A DNA stretch of 54,063 bases from an uncultured Clostridia bacterium. GTDB lineage: Bacteria > Bacillota > Clostridia > TANB77 > CAG-508. Under the pieces are notes generated by a model. The model saw nothing but the letters and a program-made list of their open reading frames with translations, made no database searches and was not told the origin of the DNA. The stretch is from positions 89,589 through 143,651 of the forward strand of contig CALXWM010000001.1 of the NCBI GenBank assembly GCA_944392425.1, read 5' to 3'. A program made the translations under genes and the position numbers. This document shows, in pieces, positions 1 to 10,496 of the stretch. Every line of letters begins with the position of its first letter. The stretch's first letter is position 1.

Positions 1-2
1 CA

Positions 3-635
3 GAGATAAAATCTCTATCAAAAGTTCCAATTGGTTTAGATAAAAGGACAATTGAAATTAGTACTTATAATTTTACTAGTGATTTAGTTACAATTATTAC
101 TGGTAAAAATATAGAATTTATGGTTCAATTTATAAACAATTTAATACAAATATTTAAAATGATAAAAGATGCTGAAGTAGTTATATTAGATGTCGAGCAA
201 TTACTTAATGATAATAGTGAAGAAATAGACTTAAATATTCAAAATTTAATGTTAGAAATGAATAATAACATTAAAAAAGAAAAAACAAAAATTTGTATAA
301 TAATTGGAATAGAAAAATTCTTGAATAATATTCAAGATGATACAAGCTTTAATGAATTATTGAGTAAAGCAGATAAACTTGATGGCTATAGATTTATAAT
401 TGTAGATACTGTTTCTAAAATAAAAAATCGAGAATATGACAGTTGGTTTAAGAACTTTGCTTCAAAAGAATCTGGAATATGGATTGGAAATGGAGTTACG
501 GATCAATATTTGATAAATTTAAATGCCAATATAGGAAGTTTGGATAATAATTGTGGTCAGTCTTTTGGTTATAAGATAAGGAGAGAAGAACCAATACAAA
601 TAAAGATATTGGGTATTGATGAAGAAATAAAATAA
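3..635 (+). CDS. essC: Type VII secretion FtsK/SpoIIIE-family ATPase EssC, C-terminal part (5' end outside window)
   Basis: The frame is open from the window edge (EIKSLSKVPIGLDKRTIE...). VPIGLD and GIWIGNGVTDQYLI resemble the last degenerate ATPase domain of Firmicute EssC. An EsaB-like ORF follows. Confidence 0.7.
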   Translation, partial: EIKSLSKVPIGLDKRTIEISTYNFTSDLVTIITGKNIEFMVQFINNLIQIFKMIKDAEVVILDVEQLLNDNSEEIDLNIQNLMLEMNNNIKKEKTKICIIIGIEKFLNNIQDDTSFNELLSKADKLDGYRFIIVDTVSKIKNREYDSWFKNFASKESGIWIGNGVTDQYLINLNANIGSLDNNCGQSFGYKIRREEPIQIKILGIDEEIK

Positions 636-657
636 ACATAAAAGGAGTAAATATACA

Positions 658-909
658 ATGGATAGAGTATTTGTTAAAGTTTATGTACCTATGATTGAAA
701 AAATATATGACGTATGGATTCCTACGCATAAAAAAATATATAATATTATAAAACTATTAACAAAGGCCATTAACGAAATAAATGAAGGAATTTATATTCC
801 TAAAAAAATGCCTTTATTATATGATAAATTGACTGCAGAAAGATTTGATTTAAATATTACTATACAGGAGTCTACTATAAGAAGCGGAACTGAAGTTATA
901 TTGATTTAA
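658..909 (+). CDS. EsaB/YukD-like ubiquitin-fold T7SS accessory protein
   Basis: 83 aa with an AAGGAG RBS. The pattern YDVWIP...I..GTEVILI resembles YukD/EsaB, and it lies next to essC. Confidence 0.65.
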   Translation: MDRVFVKVYVPMIEKIYDVWIPTHKKIYNIIKLLTKAINEINEGIYIPKKMPLLYDKLTAERFDLNITIQESTIRSGTEVILI

Positions 910-936
910 ATTTAATGTAAAAGAGGAAAAAAGAAA

Positions 937-1815
937 ATGAATTTGTTAGATAATATAATTAAAAAGGATATAAAACCAATAAATGATAAAATTGCTGTTA
1001 TAGAAGATTTATTAAAAGAAAACAGAAGGCTGATTTCTTTTATAGGGTCAGAAAAAAGTGGTACATCGTTTATGGTAAATACAGTTGCAACATTTTTGTC
1101 AATGCAGGGAATAGAAGTTGCTATATTGGATACAACAAAAAATAAAAGTTCATATTATATTTATACAAAAAATGATGAAAGTTTAAGAAAGACAGCGACT
1201 AATAGTATAAATGGATTGATAGGAGGTATTGCAAATGGTATAAAGGTAAATAGTCACTTAACAGTATACACTTCTTTACCATCAAACTATGATAATATAA
1301 AAAAGTTTGAACCTATAGTACAAACTTTACTGAAAAATCATACACTAATATTAGTAGATTGTGATTCTGATACTCCTATGCCATATTTTTCATATTCGCA
1401 AGAAATATATGTTGTTCAAACAATGGACATACTTACAATACAACCGATGACAGAATTATTATTAAAAATGAAAAATGCAGGTATAATATTAGACAATAAG
1501 ATTAGAGTTATAGTAAATAAGTATGTGACATTAGAAAACATTACAGAAAAAGAAATAATAAGTGGAGTATCATTCTATAATGATCCTTCAATGTTGTATA
1601 TGAGACAACTTTTTGATAAGACTACAGTTAGGTATTGCGTAGTACCTTTTGTAATAGATGCATATGTAAAATATTTAAATTGCATAGCAAACTGCAATAT
1701 TGACATTAGAGATTTCCCTCAGCAACTTATGCAATCTATAAAAGTCATTTCAAGTAACATATGCCCAGCTATTGCACAAGCTGGAACAAATAAATCAAAT
1801 GCGCAAAAACAATAA
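937..1815 (+). CDS. ParA/MinD/CpaE-like P-loop protein with degenerate Walker A
   Basis: ISFIGSEKSGTSF (deviant Walker A), VAILD and LILVDCD motifs of SIMIBI-class ATPases. Confidence 0.6.
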   Translation: MNLLDNIIKKDIKPINDKIAVIEDLLKENRRLISFIGSEKSGTSFMVNTVATFLSMQGIEVAILDTTKNKSSYYIYTKNDESLRKTATNSINGLIGGIANGIKVNSHLTVYTSLPSNYDNIKKFEPIVQTLLKNHTLILVDCDSDTPMPYFSYSQEIYVVQTMDILTIQPMTELLLKMKNAGIILDNKIRVIVNKYVTLENITEKEIISGVSFYNDPSMLYMRQLFDKTTVRYCVVPFVIDAYVKYLNCIANCNIDIRDFPQQLMQSIKVISSNICPAIAQAGTNKSNAQKQ

Positions 1816-2017
1816 AAAATGATAAAAATAAAAGTGATTATATTTTTATTTAACTGATTTATAAGTAAAATTAAACAAGTTAAATAATTTTAATTATTGT
1901 TATTGTAATAGTATTTAAGGGATAAAGTATATAATTTCGTAGGAGTGTAGTTTGAAAGAAAAACTTTTCATAACTATGTGTACCTTTGAGCAAAGTGAGA
2001 AAGGAATGAAATTTATT

Positions 2018-2992
2018 ATGAAAACTACAGCTTTATTAACATATATAAAAATAAAACATGATTTAAGTAAAGATGAATCAAAGGGATTTGGAAAATTACT
2101 ATTTAACAAAAAAAAACTTATTAATAAAAAAGGAATAATAGAGGAATTGATGAAAGAGTCAAAACCTCTTTTAAATACACGTGAATATATTCAATTAAGT
2201 TTACAAAAAGATATAGATAGTATAAATGTTAAACAAGAAGAGATAAGCGAATTGCTTAATACATCTATTACATTTATAACTTTGAACGATTATAATAAAT
2301 TAAAAGTAGAGTTAAAGAATACAGATACTAGTTCTACTAGTGGGTCTGGTAGAATTAGTGCTATAAGAAATCTATTAAATAGATGTAAGTATGATTTAAG
2401 CATAGAAGAGTTGACAAAATTAATAGAAAAATCAAAAAACAGAGAAATTGATTTTCTAACACAAAAACTATATGGTAGAACAGAAACTAAATTTACTGAT
2501 GAAGCGTTAGAAGCACAAAAAATAATAACAAAGTCATATGTAAGGCTTAAAATAAATGAATATAAACAAATTCTAAAAGATTCTTATGAGCTAATACAAA
2601 GTGACTTTCCTGATGCTTATGGAAATGCAGTATTTATAAAAACTCCAAAAGCAGAATTAGCACTGGAAATTCTAAAGCATACTAATATAGTAATATCTTC
2701 CTTTGAAGAATATACTTCTTTAAAGGAAAACGTGAAAAAAATTGTAGAAAACTTACCTGAAAATATAAAACAAGATAAGATTGATGACCTAAATACATTT
2801 TCGCAATATGTGTTAAGGCAAAATCTACTATTTGATTTTGGATATAGACAAAAGATTACAGTAAAAGAAATATATTATGGTACTATAGAAGAGCAAAACG
2901 ACACTATGTCAAAGTTATTAGAAGAAAAAGATAGATTTGAGTACTTATATGGAAGTATATCTTTAAAATCAGGAAACGACTTTTATGATTAG
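2018..2992 (+). CDS. Hypothetical protein
   Basis: Long ORF with host-like codon usage. The AAGGA RBS at 2001-2005 favours ATG 2018 over the track start at 1952. Confidence 0.6.
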   Translation: MKTTALLTYIKIKHDLSKDESKGFGKLLFNKKKLINKKGIIEELMKESKPLLNTREYIQLSLQKDIDSINVKQEEISELLNTSITFITLNDYNKLKVELKNTDTSSTSGSGRISAIRNLLNRCKYDLSIEELTKLIEKSKNREIDFLTQKLYGRTETKFTDEALEAQKIITKSYVRLKINEYKQILKDSYELIQSDFPDAYGNAVFIKTPKAELALEILKHTNIVISSFEEYTSLKENVKKIVENLPENIKQDKIDDLNTFSQYVLRQNLLFDFGYRQKITVKEIYYGTIEEQNDTMSKLLEEKDRFEYLYGSISLKSGNDFYD

Positions 2993-3006
2993 AAAAGGAG
3001 AAAAAA

Positions 3007-3555
3007 ATGCAAATAAATAAAGCAAGAAAAAAAGCATATACAGAAGTATGCGAAGTATTAAATCATATGACGAAAACTGATGTTGATAAAATACCAAATG
3101 AAATTTTGACATACTATTCTGATAATTCTGATAAAAAATATAATTTTAAAATAGATGAAACAAAAACTTTCGCTGAACAGGAATTATCATATACAGCAAA
3201 AGTGGTTTTAGCAATTCTTTATAGAGATTATTGGGCAACTCAAGAAGAAAAAGAAAGTATTACAAAAAAGGAGAAGGAAGATATAAATAATCAGAAACAA
3301 TTAAACTCTTCTTATGCATATATATTAAATTCATTAGATAATTCAGCCAAAATAGCAACTATTCAAGATGAAGATGAACAAATAAATAATTCGCAAAATT
3401 TTAAAAATAACATTGAGGAAAAATTCCGACCAGTATCACAAATTATTGCTAACATAAATGAAAAAAAAGAACCAAATACAATATTAATTAAAAAAAATGA
3501 AAACGCATTTATAAAAATAAAAACAACAATAAAAAACATTTTTAAGAAAAAATAA
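3007..3555 (+). CDS. Hypothetical protein
   Basis: 182 aa ORF with an AAGGAG RBS, directly after the preceding gene. Confidence 0.65.
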   Translation: MQINKARKKAYTEVCEVLNHMTKTDVDKIPNEILTYYSDNSDKKYNFKIDETKTFAEQELSYTAKVVLAILYRDYWATQEEKESITKKEKEDINNQKQLNSSYAYILNSLDNSAKIATIQDEDEQINNSQNFKNNIEEKFRPVSQIIANINEKKEPNTILIKKNENAFIKIKTTIKNIFKKK

Positions 3556-3788
3556 TTATAAAGAATACATATATATAAATATTACAAATTATAAAAAATG
3601 TTACGATTATAATTTTCAGTAAAAACAATATTAAAATTAATATAATATTAAATTAGCTGTGAACAGTAAAGTTTTGTAAAAATTAAAAAGTAAAATACTT
3701 GAAAAACCGCTCAATTCATTGTATAATTATAAAATTGTGTATATTTATTTAACAAATAAACTTTATGACATTAAGGAAAGGGATTTTT

Positions 3789-4850
3789 ATGTTTGAAAAC
3801 TTAGATGAAGTTGAAAAAAAATATGAGGAGTTAACTAAAAAAATTAGTGACCCAGAAGAAATTGCAAAGCAAAATGAATGGCGTAAAAATATGAAAGAAC
3901 ATGCAGACTTAGAGCCAATTGTTTTAAAATATAGAGAATATAAGCAAACAAAGCAAAGCTTGGAAGAAGCAAAAGAAATGCTTTCAGACCCAGAACTTAA
4001 GGCATTGGCAGAGGAGGAAATGCAAAAAGATAAAGAGCTTTTGCCAAAACTTGAAGAAGAATTAAAGGTATTATTAATACCAAAAGACCCTGATGATGAC
4101 AAAAACGTAATTTGCGAAATCAGAGCAGGTGCTGGTGGAGAAGAGGCTGCTTTATTTGCAGGAACATTATTTAGAATGTACTCAATGTATGCAGATAGAA
4201 AGCATTGGAAATTAGAAGTATTAAATGAAAATGAAACTGGACTTGGAGGCTACAAAGAAATTTCTTTTATGATAAAAGGAACAGGTGCATATAGTAGATT
4301 AAAATATGAAAGTGGCGTACACAGAGTACAAAGGGTTCCTGAAACTGAGGCAAGTGGAAGAATTCATACTTCAACTGCAACTGTTGCAGTACTTCCAGAA
4401 GTTGAAGATGTTGATGTAGAAATAAACCCAGCAGACATTAAGATGGAAGTTTTTAGAGCTTCAGGTGCTGGCGGACAACACGTTAATAAAACATCATCTG
4501 CTGTAAGATTAATCCATATTCCAACAGGTATGGTTGCAGAATGTCAAACTGAAAGATCACAAGTTCAAAACAGAGAATATGCGATGAAATTACTTCGTTC
4601 TAGACTATATGAAAAAGAAAAAGCTGAAAGAGATAGTGCACTAGAAAATGAGAGAAGAAGCCAAATAGGTAATGCAGAAAGAAGTGAAAAAATCAGAACA
4701 TATAACTATCCTCAAGGACGTATTACAGACCATAGAATTGGAATGAGCATTTATCAAATGGATAATTTCTTAAATGGTGACTTGGATGAAATGATAGATA
4801 ATTTAGCTGCAGCAGATACAGCTGAAAAATTAAAAGGAAATGAAGAATAA
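3789..4850 (+). CDS. prfA: Peptide chain release factor 1
   Basis: GGQ motif (SGAGGQHVN), PET recognition loop (VQRVPETE), [15 protein letters not shown] and [15 protein letters not shown]. Confidence 0.97.
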   Translation: MFENLDEVEKKYEELTKKISDPEEIAKQNEWRKNMKEHADLEPIVLKYREYKQTKQSLEEAKEMLSDPELKALAEEEMQKDKELLPKLEEELKVLLIPKDPDDDKNVICEIRAGAGGEEAALFAGTLFRMYSMYADRKHWKLEVLNENETGLGGYKEISFMIKGTGAYSRLKYESGVHRVQRVPETEASGRIHTSTATVAVLPEVEDVDVEINPADIKMEVFRASGAGGQHVNKTSSAVRLIHIPTGMVAECQTERSQVQNREYAMKLLRSRLYEKEKAERDSALENERRSQIGNAERSEKIRTYNYPQGRITDHRIGMSIYQMDNFLNGDLDEMIDNLAAADTAEKLKGNEE

Positions 4851-4871
4851 TTAAAAAATAAATAACAGAAA

Positions 4872-4910
4872 ACCTCAAATGCTTTTTTCAGGCATTTGAG
4901 GTCTATTTAT
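4872..4910 (+). terminator. Intrinsic terminator after prfA
   Basis: Stem ACCTCAAATGC/GCATTTGAGGT followed by a T-rich tail. Confidence 0.7.
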
Positions 4911-5084
4911 TTAATTGAAAAACCTAACAAGGCAAATATATTTGCTTACAATTGATTGTTAAAAAAATATTTGAATAATTAAAAAGTTTGTACATATACA
5001 TATATTAAAACATTTAAAAGTGAGAAAACAATTAAGAATTATAAAAGCAAAATTTTTTGTTATGCAAATAGAAAGGAAATTTTT

Positions 5085-5888
5085 ATGGGAATTTCAACGG
5101 TTGCAATGTTAGGCTTGTTTTTTGGAACAATTGGAACTACAATAGGTGGATTAATAGGCATTTTTTCAAAAAGAAATTCAAATAAATTTTTAAGTTTTAT
5201 ATTAGCCTTCGCATCTGGACTAATGCTTGCTGTTATTTGTTTTGACTTAATTCCAGAAGCAATTGAAATTTCTTCAATTTACACTACAATTTTAGGTATT
5301 ATACTTGGAATAATTGTAATGATTCTATGTGATAATGCTGTAAAAAATATTTTTAATAAAAAAGATAAAACAAGTAATTATTCTTTTAAGAATTCCAAAA
5401 ATGCAAAGTTAAAAGAAAATAATAAAATTTCTGCTAGGAATAGAGGATTATTAAAAACAGGAATAATTGTAAGTATTGGGCTAGCACTTCATAACATTCC
5501 AGAAGGTTTAGCAATAGGTTCAGGATTTGATTCATCAACTTCTTTAGGATTATCGCTTTCAATTGCAATATGTTTGCACGATGTTCCGGAAGGAATAAGC
5601 ATGGCTGTTCCTATGAAAAATGGAGGAATGAGTCCATTTAAAGTAATGCTGTACGTAATTCTATCTGGGATAGCAACAGGTTTAGGAGCACTAATTGGAG
5701 CATTAATAGGAAACATATCTGAACAAATTATTGCAGTATGTTTAAGTTTTGCTGCTGGTGCAATGCTTTACATTGTAACAGGTGAGCTTATACCAGAAGC
5801 AAATGAATTATATAAGGGAAGAATCACATCTTTGGGTAATATGATGGGATTTATAATTGGATTATTTGCGATGCTGATTGAATTCTAA
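5085..5888 (+). CDS. ZIP (ZupT/GufA) family divalent metal transporter
   Basis: LHNIPEGLAIG and LHDVPEG metal-site motifs with multiple TM helices. Confidence 0.9.
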   Translation: MGISTVAMLGLFFGTIGTTIGGLIGIFSKRNSNKFLSFILAFASGLMLAVICFDLIPEAIEISSIYTTILGIILGIIVMILCDNAVKNIFNKKDKTSNYSFKNSKNAKLKENNKISARNRGLLKTGIIVSIGLALHNIPEGLAIGSGFDSSTSLGLSLSIAICLHDVPEGISMAVPMKNGGMSPFKVMLYVILSGIATGLGALIGALIGNISEQIIAVCLSFAAGAMLYIVTGELIPEANELYKGRITSLGNMMGFIIGLFAMLIEF

Positions 5889-5916
5889 AAATTAACAAAA
5901 ATAAAACGAAAAAACA

Positions 5917-5945
5917 TTGACAATAATAACGAAATATAGTATATT
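5917..5945 (+). promoter_or_regulatory. Sigma-A promoter for the small hydrophobic ORF
   Basis: TTGACA-17 bp-TATATT. Confidence 0.6.
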
Positions 5946-6028
5946 TTGAAAATAGAGAATGAGAGAAAGCAGTGTGTGTGCTACCACTTTACATACACAG
6001 TTTTTACTGTGAGAATGGAGGTGGTGCT

Positions 6029-6139
6029 ATGTACATAATATTAATAAACTTACTTAGTCTATTTTTCTTCGGATTAATAGCTGTATCTATCATAGCAATT
6101 GCCTTAATTATAACTTTGGTTATTATTTTGAGCAAATAA
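6029..6139 (+). CDS. 36-aa single-TM hydrophobic peptide, probable type I toxin
   Basis: GGAGGTG RBS; MYIILINLLSLFFFGLIAVSIIAIALIITLVIILSK*. Absent from the ORF track because it is short. Confidence 0.65.
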   Translation: MYIILINLLSLFFFGLIAVSIIAIALIITLVIILSK

Positions 6140-6225
6140 AAATGCACCACATTACGCTTCGCCAAGCTATGTGGTGTAACTATATCTTATAGGTAGCACA
6201 CATTTCTGTGGCATCTCATTTTCTA
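6138..6225 (-). ncRNA. Putative antisense antitoxin RNA
   Basis: Perfect minus-strand TTGACA (6259-6254)-17-TATAAT (6236-6231). The hairpin CACCACAT/ATGTGGTG has an adjacent A-run (U-run on the minus strand) that could act as terminator. Confidence 0.55.
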
Positions 6226-6313
6226 TTCCTATTATATAATAAGTTTTTTAAAATGTCAATTTTTTCGTCAATAAAATTTTTATATTTTATAATGCAATCA
6301 AGTTTTATTCCTA

Positions 6314-6858
6314 CTGGTAATGCAGGAATTCCGACGCATTACTTGAGTCGTGGAACAACGCCTACGTCAAAATTCGTCTACAAGGCGAAGATGATTCCGC
6401 TTGAAGTGATTGTTCGCAATTATTCTGCGGGTAGCTTTTGCCGTAGGTATGGCTGCAAGGAAGGCATTAAGTTCGAGCCAGAGATTGTCGAGATGACGTT
6501 CAAGGACGACAAGCTTCATGACCCGTTGATTGTTGAGGATGCGGTGGTTGCCCTGAAAATTGCGGACTCATTTGCGGTTGAAGGCATCCACCACTATGCA
6601 AAACGGATAAACGAGGTGGCAAAGGACTTCTTCGCAGAGCTTGGACTTACCCTGATTGACTTCAAGGTTGAGTTTGGCATTGCCAAAGGACACGGTTTGA
6701 TTCTGGCGGATGAGTTCAGCCAGGATACTTGTCGCTTGCATGATGCAAACGGCAAATCCGTTGACAAGGATATTTTCCGCAAAGGCGGTGCGACAGGAGA
6801 GGTCAGCGAGGTCTATAATAAGCTCGTGGAAATGTTGCAGGAGCAGCAATCCTACTAA
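6314..6858 (+). pseudogene. purC: 5'-truncated SAICAR synthetase fragment of foreign, GC-rich origin
   Basis: GIPTHY...MIPLEVIVRN..AGS, FKDDKLHDP, LIDFKVEFG, LADEFSQDTCRL and DKDIFRK. The N-terminal segment and an RBS are missing, and GC content jumps abruptly. Confidence 0.8.
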
Positions 6859-6887
6859 ATCAAACTAGAGCATGAGTTACACGTTTC

Positions 6888-6922
6888 AGGGGCGAGTGGC
6901 AAAAAAAGCTGCTCGCCCCTTT
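6888..6922 (+). terminator. GC-rich terminator carried with the purC fragment
   Basis: Stem AGGGGCGAGTGGC/GCTGCTCGCCCCT. Confidence 0.7.
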
Positions 6923-7086
6923 CCTAAAAATAAAATAGAATATTCCTTGACTATAAAAACAAAATATAGTAAAATCTTTAAGTACGAACAAAAGTTTTAC
7001 AATAATAAGTTTGCATAAAGCAAAATCAAGAAGGTTTATAGGTTAATCCATAAAAATCTAAATATATACAAGGAATAATATTATCA

Positions 7087-9432
7087 ATGGAAGAACTATT
7101 AAATGAATTAAATCCAAGACAAAGAGAAGCAGTTGAAGCAACTGAAGGACCATGCTTAGTTATAGCAGGTGCCGGTTCTGGAAAAACAAAAGTGCTTACA
7201 TATAAAATCAGTTATTTAATGCAAGCAAAGGGTGTAAAACCATGGAATATATTAGCTATTACATTTACCAATAAAGCAGCAAATGAAATGAAAGAAAGAG
7301 TAGAGCGATTAGCAAGTGACGCCATAAATGATATATGGCTTGGAACATTCCACTCTATTTGTGTGCGAATACTTAGAAAATTCATAGATAGAATAGGGTT
7401 TGACACTTCATTTGCAATATTTGACTCAACAGACCAAAGAACATTAGTTAAGAATTGTATGAAAGAGCTTAACATTGACCCAAAATTATTTACGGACAGA
7501 TCTATTTTATCTGAAATAAGTAATGCAAAAAATGAAATGTTAACTCCTGAAAAATATGAGGAAAGAGCAAACGGAGATTACAGAAAAGAAATAACTTCAA
7601 AAGTTTATTACTTATACCAAAAAAAGCTTAGGGAAAATAATGCTATAGACTTTGACGATATTATAAATTACACTATAAATATTTTAACAGATAATCCTGA
7701 TGTACTAGATTATTATTCTAGTAAATTTAAGTACATATTAGTTGATGAGTATCAAGATACAAACAAATCTCAATTTATGTTAGTATCACTTTTTGCTTCA
7801 AAGTATGGAAATATTACTGTTGTTGGAGATAGTGACCAATCAATTTATCGTTTTAGAGGAGCAGATATAACTAATATACTTAATTTCGAAAAAGATTTTC
7901 CGGGTGCAAAAATAGTTAAGCTAGAGCAAAATTATAGATGCACTGGAAATATTTTAAAAGCTGCAAATGCTGTTATTAAGCATAATGAAAACAAATATGA
8001 AAAAGTACTTTGGACAGAAAATGATGAAGGCAAGCTTCCTTTTGTATATTGTGGTGAAGATGAATATGACGAAGGTAGTTTTATAGTTCAAGAAATAAAT
8101 CATTTAAGAAGAGAAGAATATTACAAATATTCAGATTTTGTGGTTTTATATAGAATGAACTCTCAATCAAGAGCAATTGAAGATGTACTTAGAAGAGAAG
8201 ACATACCATACAAAATTGTTGGAGGTTTAAAATTCTATGAAAGAAAAGAAATTAAAGATATTATTGCATATTTAAGATTAATTGCAAACCCATCAGATAA
8301 TCTTTCATTAGAAAGAATAATAAATGAACCTAAAAGAGGTGTAGGAAAAACTAGCTTAGAAAACATTGAAAAGATTTCGGCAGAAAATGGAATTTCAATG
8401 TATCAGGTTATTAAAGAAGCGGATAAATTTTTGCCTAGAATTTATCAAAATACTAGAGAATTTATAAAAGTAATCGAAGAGTTACGTGCAACAGATGTGC
8501 CTGTATCAGAACTTATTAAACAAACATTAAATAAAACAGGTTATACTCAAGCTTTAAAAAATGAAAATACAATTGAAGCAGAAAGCAGAATTGAAAACTT
8601 AGAGGAATTTTTAACTGTTGCTATGGAATTTGAAAAAGAGTCAGCAGATAATAATTTAAACGAATTCCTTGAAAGCATTTCGTTATCTAGTGATACAGAC
8701 AGTTTGGAAGAATCAGATGATATGGTAACATTAATGACTCTTCATAGTGCTAAAGGTTTGGAATATCCAGTAGTATTCTTGGTTGGTATGGAAGATGGAG
8801 TATTTCCAGGACACAAATCAATGGACAACCCAGAAGACATAGAAGAAGAAAGAAGGCTATTTTATGTTGGTATAACTAGAGCTCAGCATTATTTATATTT
8901 AACATTTGCAAGAAAAAGAACAATATTTGGCTCAACGAGTTATAATCCACCATCAAGATTTTTAAAAGAGATTCCAGTAGATTTACTTGATGGATATGAA
9001 GATGCCTTTGCTGAAAAAGAGGAAGAAGACGAATTTGAGGACTCTAAGTATTCATGGAGCTATGGCAATAGAGCAAATGGCTATGCGGATAGGTTCGCTT
9101 CAAAAGTAGTTTCATATAAGGTGTCAGCAGATAGCTTGAATAATGGAATGAGTTTTGGAGAGAAGTCTCAAATTAATGATGATGCACAGCCAAGCTTCCA
9201 ATTTAGAACAGCAGAAAGTTTTTTAAATAATTTAAATAAAAAGAAAACATCAAGTGCAGTTGACTTATCTCAATATAAAGTTGGTCAAAAGGTATTTCAC
9301 AAAAGATTTGGAGAAGGTACAATTACTAACTTAGAAAGAGAAGAAGATGATATTAAAGTAGATATAGAGTTTGATAAATTTGGTCATAAAAGATTAATGG
9401 CTAAGTTTGCTGGTCTAGAAATTTTAAATTAA
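7087..9432 (+). CDS. pcrA: ATP-dependent DNA helicase PcrA (UvrD family)
   Basis: AGAGSGKT, VDEYQD, VGDSDQSIY.FRGA, LEQNYR, TLHSAKGLEY and EEERRLFYVGITRA, plus a C-terminal Tudor-like domain. Confidence 0.96.
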   Translation: MEELLNELNPRQREAVEATEGPCLVIAGAGSGKTKVLTYKISYLMQAKGVKPWNILAITFTNKAANEMKERVERLASDAINDIWLGTFHSICVRILRKFIDRIGFDTSFAIFDSTDQRTLVKNCMKELNIDPKLFTDRSILSEISNAKNEMLTPEKYEERANGDYRKEITSKVYYLYQKKLRENNAIDFDDIINYTINILTDNPDVLDYYSSKFKYILVDEYQDTNKSQFMLVSLFASKYGNITVVGDSDQSIYRFRGADITNILNFEKDFPGAKIVKLEQNYRCTGNILKAANAVIKHNENKYEKVLWTENDEGKLPFVYCGEDEYDEGSFIVQEINHLRREEYYKYSDFVVLYRMNSQSRAIEDVLRREDIPYKIVGGLKFYERKEIKDIIAYLRLIANPSDNLSLERIINEPKRGVGKTSLENIEKISAENGISMYQVIKEADKFLPRIYQNTREFIKVIEELRATDVPVSELIKQTLNKTGYTQALKNENTIEAESRIENLEEFLTVAMEFEKESADNNLNEFLESISLSSDTDSLEESDDMVTLMTLHSAKGLEYPVVFLVGMEDGVFPGHKSMDNPEDIEEERRLFYVGITRAQHYLYLTFARKRTIFGSTSYNPPSRFLKEIPVDLLDGYEDAFAEKEEEDEFEDSKYSWSYGNRANGYADRFASKVVSYKVSADSLNNGMSFGEKSQINDDAQPSFQFRTAESFLNNLNKKKTSSAVDLSQYKVGQKVFHKRFGEGTITNLEREEDDIKVDIEFDKFGHKRLMAKFAGLEILN

Positions 9433-9490
9433 AGATTAAAGATAAAAAATAATAAATAAACAATAAAAATATGAACAAAATATACAAATA

Positions 9491-9645
9491 AAAAAGGTCA
9501 CAATATACTTCTCGACATTTCAGCGAACGGTTGCAGCGCGAGCATTTTCGATTATAACTAAGTAGGACTGCAGAGTGTAGCGGGCAAGCTGGAGCGAAGC
9601 GACCCGCGCAGTGAAATGGGAGAGAATGTATATTGTGACCTTTTT
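9491..9645. repeat. Structured GC-rich interspersed repeat, copy A
   Basis: 17-bp terminal inverted repeat AAAAAGGTCACAATATA. The core is nearly identical to the reverse complement of 12617-12765. Confidence 0.85.
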
Positions 9646-9675
9646 ATATTATTTTATTAATTTTTAAAATTTAAT

Positions 9676-10290
9676 CTATTTAAAATTCTTTTGACTAGTA
9701 TAAATAGCATTATGCTTAATTACAGGAGTTCCACGTTCTTTTATTAGCATAGCAACAGCTTCTTGACTAGTTAAAAAATTACCAAACTCAGTAATACCAG
9801 AATAAAGTTTACCAATATATCTGTAATTTTGATTTATATTTAAACAAATTAGAACATATTTACCATTATATTTATAAAGCTCAATTGTTTTGCAAAATTC
9901 TCTCAATCTATTAATCTTTTGCTTTTTTAAAAAATTACAAAAATTAAAAAAATGTTCTATGTCTACAAAACTATAAACCAAGGTATTATCTTTTTGAACT
10001 GGAACTTTTAAAGGCTTAACTTTTTTAGAATTTTTAGATTTAGGAATTAGTTTTGTTATAGTAAATATAAAATCACCATTATACATACTTTTGGCATCAA
10101 TTCTTATTCTACTATTATCTATATGAAATCCAACTTCATCCTCAGCTTTATCAAGTATTTCTAAAAAGGATTTACGAGCTTTAGAAGGGTTAGACATAAA
10201 ATTATCTAAATCGCCGTTACTGCTTTCTAACAATTCATCATTAGATACGGTAACTCTTAATTTATATTCACTTAATTTTTCAAACTTCAT
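9676..10290 (-). CDS. mecA: ClpC adaptor protein MecA
   Basis: MKFEKLSEYKLRVTVS N-terminus and a LVYSF...LYKYNGKY.L...EFG C-terminal domain. Confidence 0.8.
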   Translation of the reverse strand: MKFEKLSEYKLRVTVSNDELLESSNGDLDNFMSNPSKARKSFLEILDKAEDEVGFHIDNSRIRIDAKSMYNGDFIFTITKLIPKSKNSKKVKPLKVPVQKDNTLVYSFVDIEHFFNFCNFLKKQKINRLREFCKTIELYKYNGKYVLICLNINQNYRYIGKLYSGITEFGNFLTSQEAVAMLIKERGTPVIKHNAIYTSQKNFK

Positions 10291-10496
10291 AGAATTTCCT
10301 TTCTTGTTATAACAATGGTATTTATGAAATAGTTTTTTATGTATCTATTAGTATATCATATGATTCATGCTTTTACAATGTTTTGATAAAAAAATTAAGA
10401 CAATTTTTCCACAAAATACCTTGAAAATTAATGGAAAAGAATATATAATACAAATGTTAAATTATAAATATCCGTAAGATAAAATGGAGGTAACAT

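Noticed and set aside
937-1815. Plasmid or prophage partition module
   Set aside because: No ParB, parS repeats, or phage or plasmid genes are adjacent.
6208-6313. ORF-track N-terminal extension of purC (GTG at 6208)
   Set aside because: AT-rich, non-homologous sequence with no RBS that overlaps the antisense promoter; chance read-through.
9676-10290. mecA as a methicillin-resistance gene
   Set aside because: It is the ~200-aa ClpC adaptor MecA and has no PBP motifs.
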